A DNA stretch of 49,335 bases, counting the filler, from Catajapyx aquilonaris (taxonomy: Eukaryota): the NCBI GenBank assembly GCA_000934665.2. It is 2 parts of 2 records of this genome, joined end to end, with 100 filler letters (N's around TTAATTAATTAA, not from the genome) between each part and the next. Parts side by side here need not be neighbours in the genome. Positions count along the whole stretch, not along the records: positions 1 to 24,749 come from KZ539361.1; positions 24,850 to 49,335 come from JYFJ02005503.1. The stretch is one strand, 5' to 3'. Position 1 is the stretch's first letter, and every line of letters starts with the position of its first letter. The notes under the pieces were generated by a model. The model saw only the letters and a program-made list of their open reading frames with translations, was not told the origin of the DNA and made no database searches. The translations under genes were made by a program, and so were the position numbers. Below, piece by piece: positions 12,739 to 25,061 of this stretch.

Positions 12739-14860
12739 TCTGGGGGGGCGTCCGTTGTGGATATGTTGCAAGTCAGTTCAGAATAATTATGGGGATGGGA
12801 AAAATGAGTGAGCATTGAATGATCAGGGTGATATTTGATCTCTGTGTTCCAGTGTTAGACAAAGTGGGAGCCCTGGGCTAGTACTCGTTAACATGATTGT
12901 ACACTTGTATGATACAGTCTGGTATCATAACCTTTAATAACTCATTTGTAAATAGAAAGGCTTGTGCTTTGGAGGGTTAGGTGGAGTGACACACATTTAC
13001 TTGCCTTCTTCTCAGGCTATAGATATAGTGAATGACAGCACCTAAAACAATTCCATGAGTAATGTGTGAGGCCTTACCAGGTGAAGTCTTAATGTTCAGT
13101 AAATGCCACAAAATATGTCATTGGAAAGGTTATGTTACATTATTGATCTTGCTGCATGACTTTGATAATATTGTATTATGTGTGCCCTATTTACATTGCA
13201 TGCAAAAGGGAAAGTAATATTCGCGTTTGTTGGGTTAGGTCTGGTTGCACCCAGGCCAGAAAGCGTTTCGACTGGAAAAGGTGACCTAAATTTAATCTTC
13301 CATTTTTTGGGAGTGATAACAATGAATTCTTGATTTCCTATGTCACTTTTTCATGCAATAAAGTTTCCCTCCCATAGAGCACAATGACTCTAGTTGTAAA
13401 ACTCTGGGCTTGAAGCTCACTTATTTGATTTATTTATTTTTTGCTCTGCATCTGCTTACAGAATGTGCAACTGAACCTTTTGTAGTTGTTATTTTAAATC
13501 CTATAGCAAATGTAGGAAATGGCTGCTTATAGAGCTGTGTATTGCTTTCCAAAACCTTCATAAAATAAATTGATGTGATAGCTGTGTCGAACCCTCCGCG
13601 TAATCAAGGACTTACCTCAATTATCTGGAAGAGAACGAAAGTTGTGGAAAACGCAGGAAAAAGTTGGAATGAATCTCGACACGACTCACCACGTGTTTTT
13701 TAAGATTGGTTATAATTGACACTTGTTGTCCAAGGACAACTCAAAAAGGTACATTACACTTGTTGCCCAATGACAACCGAGTTTACACCGTAGTGTGCGG
13801 TTGACGTGCCTCTCTCTTACTGTTGCTGTCTTTTTCCATGACGGGGAGCTTCCCGTCTCAGCAGGAGAAAGTCACGGCCGCTGGTACATCTGGTCATCAA
13901 AGTGAATTTGGAGGGTGGATCAGTCGTCTTCTCGTGGGCATCCTTCCGGTCCGTTGGATGGTCAGCTTCGGTGTCGTTGCTGTTGTTAGAGTGTTGTTGT
14001 AGTCTTCGGATGTTGACCGACTATGCTCTCGCCAAAACAGGGAAGTGTTGGTCGCCACATGTTGACTGCCGCGCACATGGGGGAGGTTGATTATTCGCGA
14101 ATGGTAGGTGAAGTTAAATTTAGGCTTGGGTGACCGCACCACCCAGTACTGCACAGTACTTGCAAGTTTAGACAAACACTCCCATTGAAAGCTGGAGGTT
14201 AATTTTGTTACATCTTATTGTCGCAAAGTGGGCCCACCCACTTCCTTGTACACCTCGTCTTTCTTCAGCTGCTGCCCGAAAATCGGCCAGGTCAAAATGA
14301 TTTCATTGGCTCTTCAGTAAATGTTACGTTAATTCTGACTGGCCATCACTGCCGATGCCTCAAGTAAAATGTCAAAATAGTACTGATTGGCTGCCTGAAG
14401 GAATGACGTATTGTACTAAACAGCTAGCGTCAACAATGAACTCTTGTTACGGGCAAAGCTCACTCCTCACATCCCTTCCCACCTATCCCATGTTGCAGGA
14501 ATGTAGGGAGGGATGGAAGCAAAGTGGCATCGGATGCGCGTGGAAGAAACTGCATGCTCAACAAAAGACGCATGAAAAGTAGCTGGCTTCAAAGTCAAAC
14601 CAGCCTGTTCAAGCGGGCTATTTGCTCTCCATGTTAAAAGTTACTCGACATTTCCACATGCGTATTTTGGGGGCATCACAGCTGAATGTGTTAACCGAGG
14701 TGTTATAACTCTTCAAGCAGGATATTACATACAATGAGAAAAGATACATGCTCATATCAGTGCTCGCCATTTTATCTTTGCCGCAATAATTAAAAGTGAT
14801 AAAAATGCAGTCTGTCTTGTTCTTTCTGTTCACATATGAAATATGTAATACTGTATTACT

Positions 14861-15100
14861 GGGGAGGTGTGGTGGCCGTGATGGTAACGTCACGGCTTGC
14901 TGAGTGAAAGGCCCCAGGTTCTATCCCCGCCTGGGGAACTTTCCTTTCACCTGCGTCGGGAGGGTCTCTGACCTGCACCAAGGAGGTGTCTGGCAACCTA
15001 ACCTCCTGGGGAACAGCACATGGCCCAAAAGCCATAGGACAATGCACCTGCACAAGTGTCCCCTCCCCAACAATTCCCTTCCCTACCCTATATCCTAGTA
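14861..15100 (+). mobile_element. tRNA-derived SINE-like element
   Basis: A-box-like TGGCCGTGATGG and B-box-like GGTTCTATCCC at tRNA spacing, followed by a non-tRNA body; 3' end approximate. Confidence 0.55.
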
Positions 15101-15533
15101 TTCCTTGCACGGAGATTGAAGAAAAACGTGCCTCTAGATATTAAATTAACACAGTTTATTGAAATTCCTCTCGCCAGCACTCGACGGTGGCCCCTAGTGG
15201 CGCCGCGTAGTGGCCGACAGCCAAACACGTTGACTAAACAACTGGCCAAAAAGTGGCGACGCTTGGAAACCGTTTTTTCTGGTTGGGAAAGTGAGCGAAA
15301 AGTTGGAACTTCCATTTTCTTTTGGTGACAAACACTGGAATTTTCTATTTTCCCTGTCATCCGAAAGTTTCCTCCTCTTAACAGTGCAGCAGGACTTTAG
15401 TTGAAAAACTCTGTGCTTTAAATTCATTATGCAATTCCAGGACAGATTGGCCTGAAATAAAGATTCCAGATGTTACAACTACATATTGGAATTTTTACCA
15501 AATTTGTCACATGTGTTATGACCCAAGTTATGA

Positions 15534-15760
15534 CAGTGGCCCCGGATCTATGGGGGGGGGGGGTGATCGGGGCGACCCCCCCAAACTGAAGCAATAAACA
15601 GAAAAATGGCCATTTCGCATTCCGATGTGCTTACAGAGTTTAAAAAAATTTCGCCGGCGGCGGGCCTTTTTGGGGTTTTTTTCTTTATAGGGGGGGGGGG
15701 GGAGCGNNNNNNNNNNNNNCCCCCCCCCCCCAACAACAACGACGTCTAGATCCGCCACTG
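15534..15760. mobile_element. hAT-type MITE
   Basis: CAGTGGC...GGATCTA / TAGATCC...GCCACTG ends; 8-bp flanks AGTTATGA/AGTTATCA; absent from the paralog near 2350-2365. Confidence 0.8.
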
Positions 15761-16823
15761 AGTTATCACCAGTATCAGTAAACCGTGTGAATGTTTTCAC
15801 GCAGCTGAAGTCAATATGCCAGAAGAAATAAAATTATGGAATAAAAATGGCAAATATTACATTCGAGCTTATAGGGAGCTGTCCAACATAATGTTAGGGT
15901 GTCCTACTTAATTATTGGTTTGTAACATGCTCATTGTTGTTAGTTTCGGGCAATGCCAATGCAATGGTCTAAAAGAAGACAAGGTGCATTCTATGACAAG
16001 GACAGAGTCCCTCCCATTCAGAAATAATATTAAATTCTATGCATTGATAAATTGTCGTGGGATTTGCTCCATATACGACGTCCGTATTTGAAAGAGTGGG
16101 AACTCAGGAAAACGTGAGTTTATATTGTCAGACACACAGGCAGTTGGTTCTTCTCTGCCACCAATCATCACGCTGATTGACCTGGGCACCTACACTATTA
16201 AATGGCATTAACTACACTAAAATCATGAGTTTAGCACCAGTAACTACTGTCTACTTAGCTCTTAGCACCACATAAGTCTGAGACACGGTTTTGGTCAGTT
16301 TGAGAGGAATCGCGTTTAGAGGAGAGAGCCGCTACTTGGAAGGAGCAGTGTGACTTGCAAGAGCGACTGGTGAGTAGCGCTTAGTTCCGTCCCTTTCAGT
16401 AGCTTTCAGTAGGTGGTTGCGTCTCGTCCCCGTCAGATGTCCTCACCTGTCACGAGTGGCGCCACAACTCCCCTTTACGGCGGAGGGAAGGGGAACTATC
16501 TTCGGGGTGGTCTGACGGAAGGAGGGAGTGACCCTCTCTATTTGGTTGTTGGTTGTCCGTGGCGTCGGTTGATGTGTGGCCAGGTGTGGCTTTGGAACTT
16601 GGAACGATTGTTGCTTGTTCTGGTTGGGGGAAGGACGCATCATTGTTGGGGGGCCATTGTTCACGTGCATTGTTGGAGGAGGCGAGAAGGAGAGTGAGTA
16701 GAGGTTGGTGGGGCATCAGACTTTGGAGACTGGGCTCATTCACTCCCTCACTCTTCTTGTTCCAGACAAAGATAGTGTGCAGAGTTGAGAGGAGAGAGAG
16801 GCCCATCCCCCTTATCCGCAGCC

Positions 16824-19800
16824 ATGGAGATGATGAAGTTGGGCAGGTTCCCCTGTCCCCAGTGCCCCAACAACGTCTTCAAGAGGAAGATTGATCTGAG
16901 GGCACACAGCTTCACTCACTCCAAGTGGGACAGGGTCAAGGTGGAGCCAGAGGAGGAGGAGCCAGTGGAGGCCACCATCAGGTGCACCAAGGAGCAGGAG
17001 GAGAAGGTCAGGGAATGTTGGAAAGGAAGGCTGGAGGTCAAAGTGGAGCCAGGGGAGGAGGAAGAGGGCAACAGCAGCCAGGAAAGCGACAAGGCTCAGC
17101 CAGACAGGGAGGAAGCAGGAGATGGAGGAAGGCAGAGCCAGGTGAGAAGGCAGAGCCAGGTGAGAAGGCAGATTGCACATGTTAGCACGGTGGGGTGAGA
17201 ATGGGGTGCCAAAAAATACACCCTTTTTAACAAACAGAACGAATATGCTCGAGAATCCACTTGGCTTTTTGTGTGTGTAATTTTTAGTGGAAATTTTTAT
17301 AGTACACTGCCACGCCATGCTTTATACGAGTATACTGCAATTTTTTATCTGGAGCCAGTGGTCTGGTGGTTAGCGCGCTCACCTCTAGACCCAAAGTTGT
17401 GGGTTCAAACCCTGCCGAGATCGGTGACTTTTCTCTGGGTGGTAGAAAGAAATGTGAGAGTGCGCCTTCCTTCGGAGGGGAAGTAAAGCCATCGGTCCCA
17501 TGTGCTTGTGACATTGCGCAAGTGCATGTTAAAGATCCCGAGAGTGGCCAAATTTCCAGGAGGAGGACCACCCCCTGGCGTCAGTGTTGACCCTTAGAGG
17601 CAGAAATAGGCCAATGTTAAGCCCCACTGATAAGTACGCTGCCATTCATAGTAGCAGTACCATGCAAATTTTTTCAATGTGTGTGAGGAATTCTCCGTGT
17701 ACCTGGCACTCTGCCAGGAAGGTGACAGCTAATTCAAACATTGAAGCAAGCCCCGCTCACTCCCCCACTTTTTGTCTGAGCTTAGCTGATCTCCCCCCAC
17801 CAAGGGGGGCTTGCCACGGCGACGCTAGGATCACTCACTAAGATAGGTGGCACCGCCACTGGTGGGAAATTATTCTGAACCACATGGGTCGACTCCGATA
17901 GGCTGGAATAGTTAAGGCCTCCTGTACTACCCCAGCCAATTGAAGTCGACAGAAATGGTTCAGAATCCCGTACTATCTAAGACGCCACCTCTCTTGGTGC
18001 ATGATCCTAGCGCCACCCGTGCCAACCCCCCTCGGTGGAGGAGATCAGCTAGCCTCACAGGGGGAGCAATGTATAAGGTATGCAAGTGACTGGGGGCTGC
18101 TTTGAAGCCATTATTGAGGACCCGTAGCAGCCCTGTCATGCACCATTCATGACACGGTCAGCCCATGCTGTGTGCTACAGCACACTTTCGATTTTTGCAA
18201 TGGTTACAGAGAGAATGAATGACGTGGACGACCTGCGACAGGTCTGCCTGCTAACACTCACAGTGTATTGCATGGGTTTAATTAGGGTGGAGAGGGAAGA
18301 TTATATTGAGAAAACTGCTTTAATTTCACAGCACTGGTCACACTCTCTGATGACTATGGATGGTGTTATCGGGTGGTCAGGAAGGATTTTGGTATGCGCT
18401 TGTGTGCCAATTTAATGTAAGGTCCATATTGAATATCATCCTTTCTCAATCAAGGTCACAGTTGTGCGAGGAGGCACTGGCTACATACATATTGTCTTAC
18501 CATTTACACCTCCAGCACCTTCCCAACACCAGGTTTGTTAGTCTCTCGGGTCGGGGGTGTTGGGAAACCTCCTAGAACATCTTGGAAACTGTACCGAGGA
18601 GACTCGCTGCTGTCATCGCCTGGCGAGGACATAACATATATAGTGTGTTTTGAAAATTCAGATGATGATATCAGACCGGATTTGGACTGTGTACCAGAAT
18701 TTGGATCACCACCTTTACCTCTAACCCTCGGTCCTGTTGCAACAGTTTGTAGAAACACCCATTGTAATAAATATTAATTTGCACCTCTATCAGTACAACT
18801 TCTTACCCCTGTAAGAGCGTGAAGTAACTGGGGGAGCCTCCGTAAAACAAAACTACCCCACCTTAGACTGAAGCGGATTAAAATGTTAGGGAGATTCATA
18901 CTAAGACTGACGTCCAAGTAACCTGGTCAAGGCTGCTTTTGACAGTGCTAAAAACTGCGTGAATACAGATGTGAAACTAAATTGGGTTATGTAAGCGGAA
19001 GCGATTTTCCAGGGATTGCCATTCGACATAGGAACCCAGCGTTGAATGACCTCACTACCTAGTTGGCCCAGCTGGGGGCGGCTCTGAAAAACAAACGACA
19101 TTGAAAGACTTAACATTTCTGAAAGGTACAAAGCATACATCGGGTTAAATACACGTGACTCCGCATACTATTTGCGTTTAATGCTACCGATGAATGCCCA
19201 ACGATGTCTAAAAAGTCTACGTCACCCAGGAATTTTTATTCGTGTTGCAAACCGCTCAGTTGAACTTACCCCACAGGAACGCTGTTCCCATTGCAACCTC
19301 GAGCATACTTTCTCCCTCTTCCACATCTTACATGAGTGTTTGCTCTTTCGAAACCTCCGTAAGAAGTGGCTATGCAATATCCCGAAATATCCACCAGAAC
19401 ATATTTTACTAACTTCTACGTACATGAACGCGATTGACAGTCATAGAACGTACGAATTCTGGCTAGGCGTATTGGGCTACATGGAACACTACTGACCCAT
19501 TGTAGTTGAGGCGACTGGAGGACACTGATCCCCCCCTTTTTCCCCCTCTTTCTCCTTTCTTTCTTTTTTGATGTTCGTATATTGTATAAGTGATATCATA
19601 TGTTTTGTAACACTTGGCAGGGTGCCCTTAAGACCAAATAAGTCAGCAAAGGGTAAATAAATCAAATCAAATCAAATATTTTTTGCGAACACTACATGCA
19701 GGTTAGCGTTTATACACCCTATAATATTTGGTCTGCATGAAACATTTGTCACGCAAGGTGTAGGAAATGCTTGTATGCAATGGGAGTTGAGCCCTTACTC

Positions 19801-20630
19801 GTCTTACCAACGTTATTGAGATAAATGACATTTTTTTTCGCACCTGTACATGTATTTGTTGGGGATAATTTTTGTACACCATATCATATACCTACTTTCC
19901 TCATCAGATGTCACATTATCAACGTCTGGGGAAGAAAGACTCTGAATGAAGGCACGGGCCTCCTCTAACAAAATAATGTGGAAGCACAAGATTCAGAGTA
20001 ACCCAGCTCCAGGAAGTTGGGTTACTCTGATTCTTGTTACATTATTTTCCACCTCCTAAGGGGTGGAGTTGGGTCGTAGTATTTCTTGTGCAGGTACTTA
20101 CAGCCATGCACTATACAGATCGATCATAAAATGCATTTGCCTCTCTCTTTTTTTTTAGTTGTGTCACTTCTCTTCTTGTCTACTCAATTTTCTGAGTTCC
20201 TCATAAGTCATAACTGTCCTTCTTCCCTATGGAATGCATGCAATATGCTGACTCCTTCATTTATACCAGATTGATTGCTGGAAATAGCAGTAACTCCAAT
20301 CAGCTACATATCTAGACAAGAATGATAGTCTCAAAATTCATAACGCAGGAACATGCTTGATTTGGCCTCTGGTTGGTTTGGTAATATTACACCAATTGAA
20401 TTATAGATTGTGATGCCATTCTACTCATAATTTGCATCATCCTGTTAGCATATTCATTGTTAAAATTTTATAACCTGTAAAGTCAATTTCCCATGTTCTC
20501 ATTGTAGGTATTGGAACCATTCATCCTGATGTACCAGCTTCTTTATTGTGCCCATTGCGACGGTGCATTTGCTACGAAGAGGGACCTGGAGAAGCACATG
20601 ATGAAGAAACACATCAATCCTGAGATTCAG
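16824..20630 (+). CDS. Second copy of the zinc-finger gene, exons 16824-17141 (or 17159) and 20508-20630; array exon not present in window
   Basis: Near-identical to exons 1 and 2 of copy 1, with open frames and intact splice sites. No TGEKP array is found between 20631 and the gap at 24750. Confidence 0.7.
17351..17575 (+). mobile_element. tRNA-derived SINE with Deu/Nin-like core
   Basis: A box TGGTCTGGTGG and B box GGTTCAAACCC, then TTCGGAGGGGAAGTAAAGCCATCGGTCCC...GCATGTTAAAGATCCC. The resemblance to the Deu/Nin SINE core is from memory and was not searched. Confidence 0.75.
17745..18102. mobile_element. Degenerate palindromic (fold-back) element
   Basis: AGCTGATCTCCCCCCACCAAGGGGGG...CGCTAGGATCA (about 17784-17833) is an imperfect inverse of about 18002-18050, with further weaker matches inside and outside. 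Confidence 0.65.
18830..19678 (+). mobile_element. 5'-truncated non-LTR retrotransposon (LINE) 3' end
   Basis: ORF 19172-19495 contains CSHCN...FHILHECLLFRNLR, a CCHC motif typical of LINE ORF2 C-termini. It is followed by a pyrimidine-rich 3' UTR, AATAAA and an (ATCAA)n tail at about 19661-19677. The 5' boundary is approximate. Confidence 0.8.
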
Positions 20631-20645
20631 GTAATGCAGTATATG

Positions 20646-20727
20646 AATAATAATAATCATCATCATCATCATCATCATCATGATGCTGCACATGAGGCTG
20701 CACATGAGGCTGCACATGAGGCTGCAC
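20646..20727 (+). repeat. Compound microsatellite (AAT)n(CAT)n plus (GCTGCACATGAG)3
   Basis: Read directly from the sequence, just inside the intron after exon 2 of zinc-finger copy 2. Confidence 0.95.
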
Positions 20728-22034
20728 TGGGGTGGGTCACCAGTGGGTGGGAAGGTCGCATGCATACCACACTCTGACCAGGACACGCGACCCTCTGGCC
20801 TTGAACTCCCCTACCCAAAATTAGTTTAATTTTATCCCAGCCTGGAGCGGAAAGTGGGAAGTGGCTCGCAATGCACAAAATATATAACAGGAACATAAAA
20901 TCACAAGTATGAATTTGTTAGCAGACTTAAATTTAGCGGAAGCTAATTGGTCCGATAGCGGCTTACAAAGTCACTCCCCCACAATTATATTATTGAATTA
21001 ACATTACGATTGTTATCAGAAATGTTTTCCGATTATGTCAATTTTGCTTAGGACATGATTTACTGCATTTCTGACGACAGCTACTGTATTTTCTCAGAAT
21101 GCATCATCTATATGCTTGCATTGCACCGCCGAGCCCTCCGATTGGTCCGCCCCCGTATTGTTGCCGCCACCTCTTCCCATTGGCCCCCGTCCATTGTTGC
21201 TGCGTCGTATTTATGACCCATTGTTACCATGACGCCTCCGATTGGCCCCCGTTCCGAGCATGCGCAATGGGAGTGGAACACGTCCAGTTGCCTCCTGACC
21301 TCCTTGGGAGAAGGTCGCTTTTTTTCCGTCTCCCGCCGCCGTCATCGTCACCTGCCGGACCTTTTCCCCATTCCCCACCTATCCTACCAGTCCCCCCTTC
21401 GCCGCGGGTATAGCTGGTTTATTGAAAAATGGCCGGTATGCACTGGGGGAGAAATGTAAGTTCGAAATTCTGACCTTAGCATTAGGCCTACTGATCGGAC
21501 TGCTTTGGATGTGCGCGGTGCTTTCACAGGTGGGAAGTTCAGTACACTCTCTTCGAGGCAGTTCTTTCGGTGTAGTGTCGGAAACTGACTATACCGTCGA
21601 ATACGTAGAATCGAACGTAAATAATCGGGTTCCAAATCTACCCACGTTCCAATCAGCCAGGAATGCACAGTGTTGGTCTTCCAATGGTGCCAACTGGCAG
21701 GTTGTTTATACAGTCATTGAGTTGGCACAGCTGGCAACCAACAATAGAATCCAATTACACTGTACTCACGATTACCCAGGTGCGGATTATCCGTGCATCG
21801 CCATAATATAAACATTTAAGTTGCATGGGACGATGGAGGGCAGCAAAACCTCCAGGCTTCCAGGCGGAACGCCTTCTACTTGCCGAGTGAACAGGTTATG
21901 CTGGGATGTTGGGATAATAATATAATATATCAAAAACTTTCCCTTCGGTAAAAAAAGAGAAGTAAGACCTCCGCGGCGGAATAAAAGTATTGAAACAAGG
22001 CAGGCGCACGTAAGACCTTCACCAATTGATTTAA

Positions 22035-22604
22035 GCTGTACCATAGGTCTTACTCAAGCAATTTTCAATTTACTGCTCATGATATCTCCTTTCTGAAAAC
22101 AAATTTGTGGAATTTCTGTCGTACTACTAGTTACTTCTAACTTAGCAGTACCAGTGTAGTGCAATGGTACTGCTATAAGTAACTACTGACCTATAGTTAA
22201 TAGTAATAATAGTAGTACGACGAAAATTCCACCCATTAATTTTCCATGAGCCACTCCATATTAGTGTTTTATGACATTAGGAACTTCAATATTAAGCACA
22301 TTGAATTTCTATGCGATTAGTGCGAATTATTGCCATGATACATTCATGCACAATCGTCACCTCTTTTAGATGCTGATTTTAACTCTAACGTTTAATTTTT
22401 CACATATAAACGTTAATTGATGAATTTTCGAGGGTCTTTTTCGATTGGACCAAGTCTGTTCGATGGGTTTAGTTTTTCCCCAATTTTTTTCTTTTCATAA
22501 TAAAATCCTATGTATACTGCTCTGAGTATTAGTTTGCAGCAGTCATTTTACGAGCCGTTCCGTACCGTACTTGAGAATTGCTTGAGTAAGACCTATGGTA
22601 CAGC
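22035..22604. mobile_element. TTAA-flanked MITE
   Basis: TTAA-GCTGTACCATAGGTCTTACTCAAGCAATT ... AATTGCTTGAGTAAGACCTATGGTACAGC-TTAA; perfect 29-bp TIRs. Confidence 0.9.
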
Positions 22605-22671
22605 TTAAGGGGAGAACTGAGTTTTGACCTTGGAAAAAACCGATTTTGCAATTTTAATATATGTCACAGTG

Positions 22672-24645
22672 GGGTGATTCCATGACAAATCAGGCAAAAT
22701 AAATTCAAAATGCAACCCTCATGTTCGCTATGTCCATGATATTTGGATTGTGATATTGGAATGGGATGTGAAAAAGATCTAACGTGAAAAAAATGACACA
22801 TGTGTCACAGATGCTGAGTAGCCATGTGACCTAGAATGTGTGAAATAGCGCGGTACCCCTACATAAATCAATTGCTGTACAAGTTAACAATAATTTTTAA
22901 GGAATGCTTTTGGCCTTCTTGTATACTTAACCGCGAAGGGTGCCTAATACATGCCAGATAATATTTTTATCTCAAAAATGGCTATACTGTTTTGAGGTCA
23001 AAATCTTTGACCTTTGACCTGAGGTGTGTGGACATCCATAGAAAAATTCTGAAAAAATTACACATATACCTCGACCCATTTCATATCTGACGGCCAAGAT
23101 TCTACGATGTAGTAAATTTTGTTTTCCCGGGAAAAAATCCGATGTGAACACGTACACGGCCGCTCAGCTGGTAGGAGTTGGGTTATGAGGGGATTTTACA
23201 CTCCCTGTTCCCGCGCTTGGTGACTGGTATGAACTATTCGTATTCGCCGAGATTGTGCGAAGGTAAGTAGCATATGGAAAATGGAGATGAACAATTATTC
23301 CAGTCCACATACCAGGAAGACCATTCAGCTTACCAGGTAAGGTGCCCTATAGAGTCATGTCGACCTACACCTAGGGGTCGTGCAAATACCACGTGACCGA
23401 TTTAAGGCCACTTTTTGACCACCCGTGACCGACCGTGGTATACATTGGAACCCCCCCCCCCGTTTTTCACGTAGTTTTTTAAAATGTCAATGTTATCAGA
23501 AAAAACTCGATCGAAAATGGTAGCTCCTCAACTAAACTGTTTAAGCACGTAAAAAACATGTCTTCCCATGTTTTCGGGGTCGCTGATTTCTAATTTTAGG
23601 TTATTTTGAACCCATGTGCATCTGTAAAAGCTCCCATATGTGCCCACTCACCGTGTTCAGAGATACCACGTGAACTGTCGCCGACCCCCCCCCCCCCCGA
23701 TCCCCCCGTGACCAACCGTGGTATATCCAAGGGTATATATCAGCAAGCCCCCCTCCCCCCAAAACGGTCACGTGGTATTTGCACGACCCCTTAAGAAGTC
23801 CTCCTGAAGAAGTTCTCAACATTGACAAGGAAGTGCTGTGATCCCTTCAAAATATCCCTGAGGCAATTCGTACGAAAGGACTAAGGGCTGTCAGTGACGC
23901 TTGGTACGAGAAGTTGAAGAATGTAGCACCTTCTGCGCACTACCTGGGCAAAAGATCTGCCCCGAATGTGCTATCAAAAGAAAGACTATAATATTATGCA
24001 GAATTACTGTTTTAATAGGTTTGACAATTTTTTTTTCTGTTATGAAATTTACTACATACTGGAAACTTGGTAATCGCGTCTGTGGTACGTAGTTGTACAT
24101 GCATATTTATTTTCATAATTTTCCATGGAACATACGTGTGACGATTCATATGATAATTATGCTACATTAGTGTTTTAGTAGGCGGGATAATTTTTTTCTC
24201 TGTTTTAAAATTTACTACATTTTGGAAACTTGGCACCCACGTTTGGAGTACGTCATAGTTCGCGTCTATTTATTTTCAGAATTTTCCATGGATGTCCACA
24301 CATAAAGGTCAGAGGTCACGAACTAGACATTAAGAAACTATGTTCTGTTTTGACATTTTCAAAACTTTTGTGCATACTCATATGACGATTGGGATGTTTT
24401 GCACCTGTGAAAACAAACTTTATATCTACATCGTGTATATTTAATTTGGTATAAATTACTTTCGGAGACCCTGTTATGATTTTCCCCTGAAATTAGGCAA
24501 CACTTTTTCAGTTGACCTATGAACTTAGAGTGAAACAAAAAATTGCATAGGTATCATGTCACCATGACTATGTCACTCACCAATTTTCATTGAGAAAAAA
24601 AATGGTGGGGTTGCATGCTTTGCCTGATTTGTCATGGAATCACCC
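22672..24645. mobile_element. ~2-kb non-autonomous DNA transposon with 4-bp target duplication
   Basis: 27-bp TIRs GGGTGATTCCATGACAAATCAGGCAAA / TTTGCCTGATTTGTCATGGAATCACCC; AGTG on both sides; no transposase ORF. Confidence 0.88.
23374..23790. mobile_element. Nested MITE, Harbinger-like
   Basis: 26-bp TIRs GGGGTCGTGCAAATACCACGTGACCG / CGGTCACGTGGTATTTGCACGACCCC; flanks CTA/TTA. Confidence 0.88.
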
Positions 24646-24749
24646 AGTGTCAACCTTCCTCTTTTATTTGTCACAAACCGCACTCAAAAATTCCAAATAT
24701 TAACGGAGATATGCGCGTTTCAAACAAGCGCGGCACACCCTGGCAGCCA

Positions 24750-24849
24750 NNNNNNNNNNNNNNNNNNNNNNNNNNNNNNNNNNNNNNNNNNNNTTAATTA
24801 ATTAANNNNNNNNNNNNNNNNNNNNNNNNNNNNNNNNNNNNNNNNNNNN
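24750..24849. other. Assembly gap containing an artificial six-frame-stop linker
   Basis: 100-nt N block with TTAATTAATTAA at 24794-24805. Confidence 0.95.
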
Positions 24850-25061
24850 TGTATAATTGATGTATCAGTGTAGTTTATTTAAATTGCTGTTGTCTCCCCT
24901 CACATAGGCCAACGGCCTCGCAGGGTACACTAAATAAATAAATAAAATTATTATTGTTATACTGTATGCAATGCTACATATACATACACTGAATCACTGC
25001 ATTCCCCCAAAATGGTAAATCCTGTCTTGGGAAAATGCCGTGATTGGTATGCGTATGATGC

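Noticed and set aside
13583..14178. Solo or 3' LTR (TG...CA ends, short purine run adjacent on the minus strand)
   Set aside because: No target duplication, second LTR or gag/pol sequence found; too weak to call.
17351..17425. Functional tRNA gene (also 14861-14935)
   Set aside because: A and B boxes are present but there is no convincing acceptor stem, and the sequence continues into a SINE-type body.
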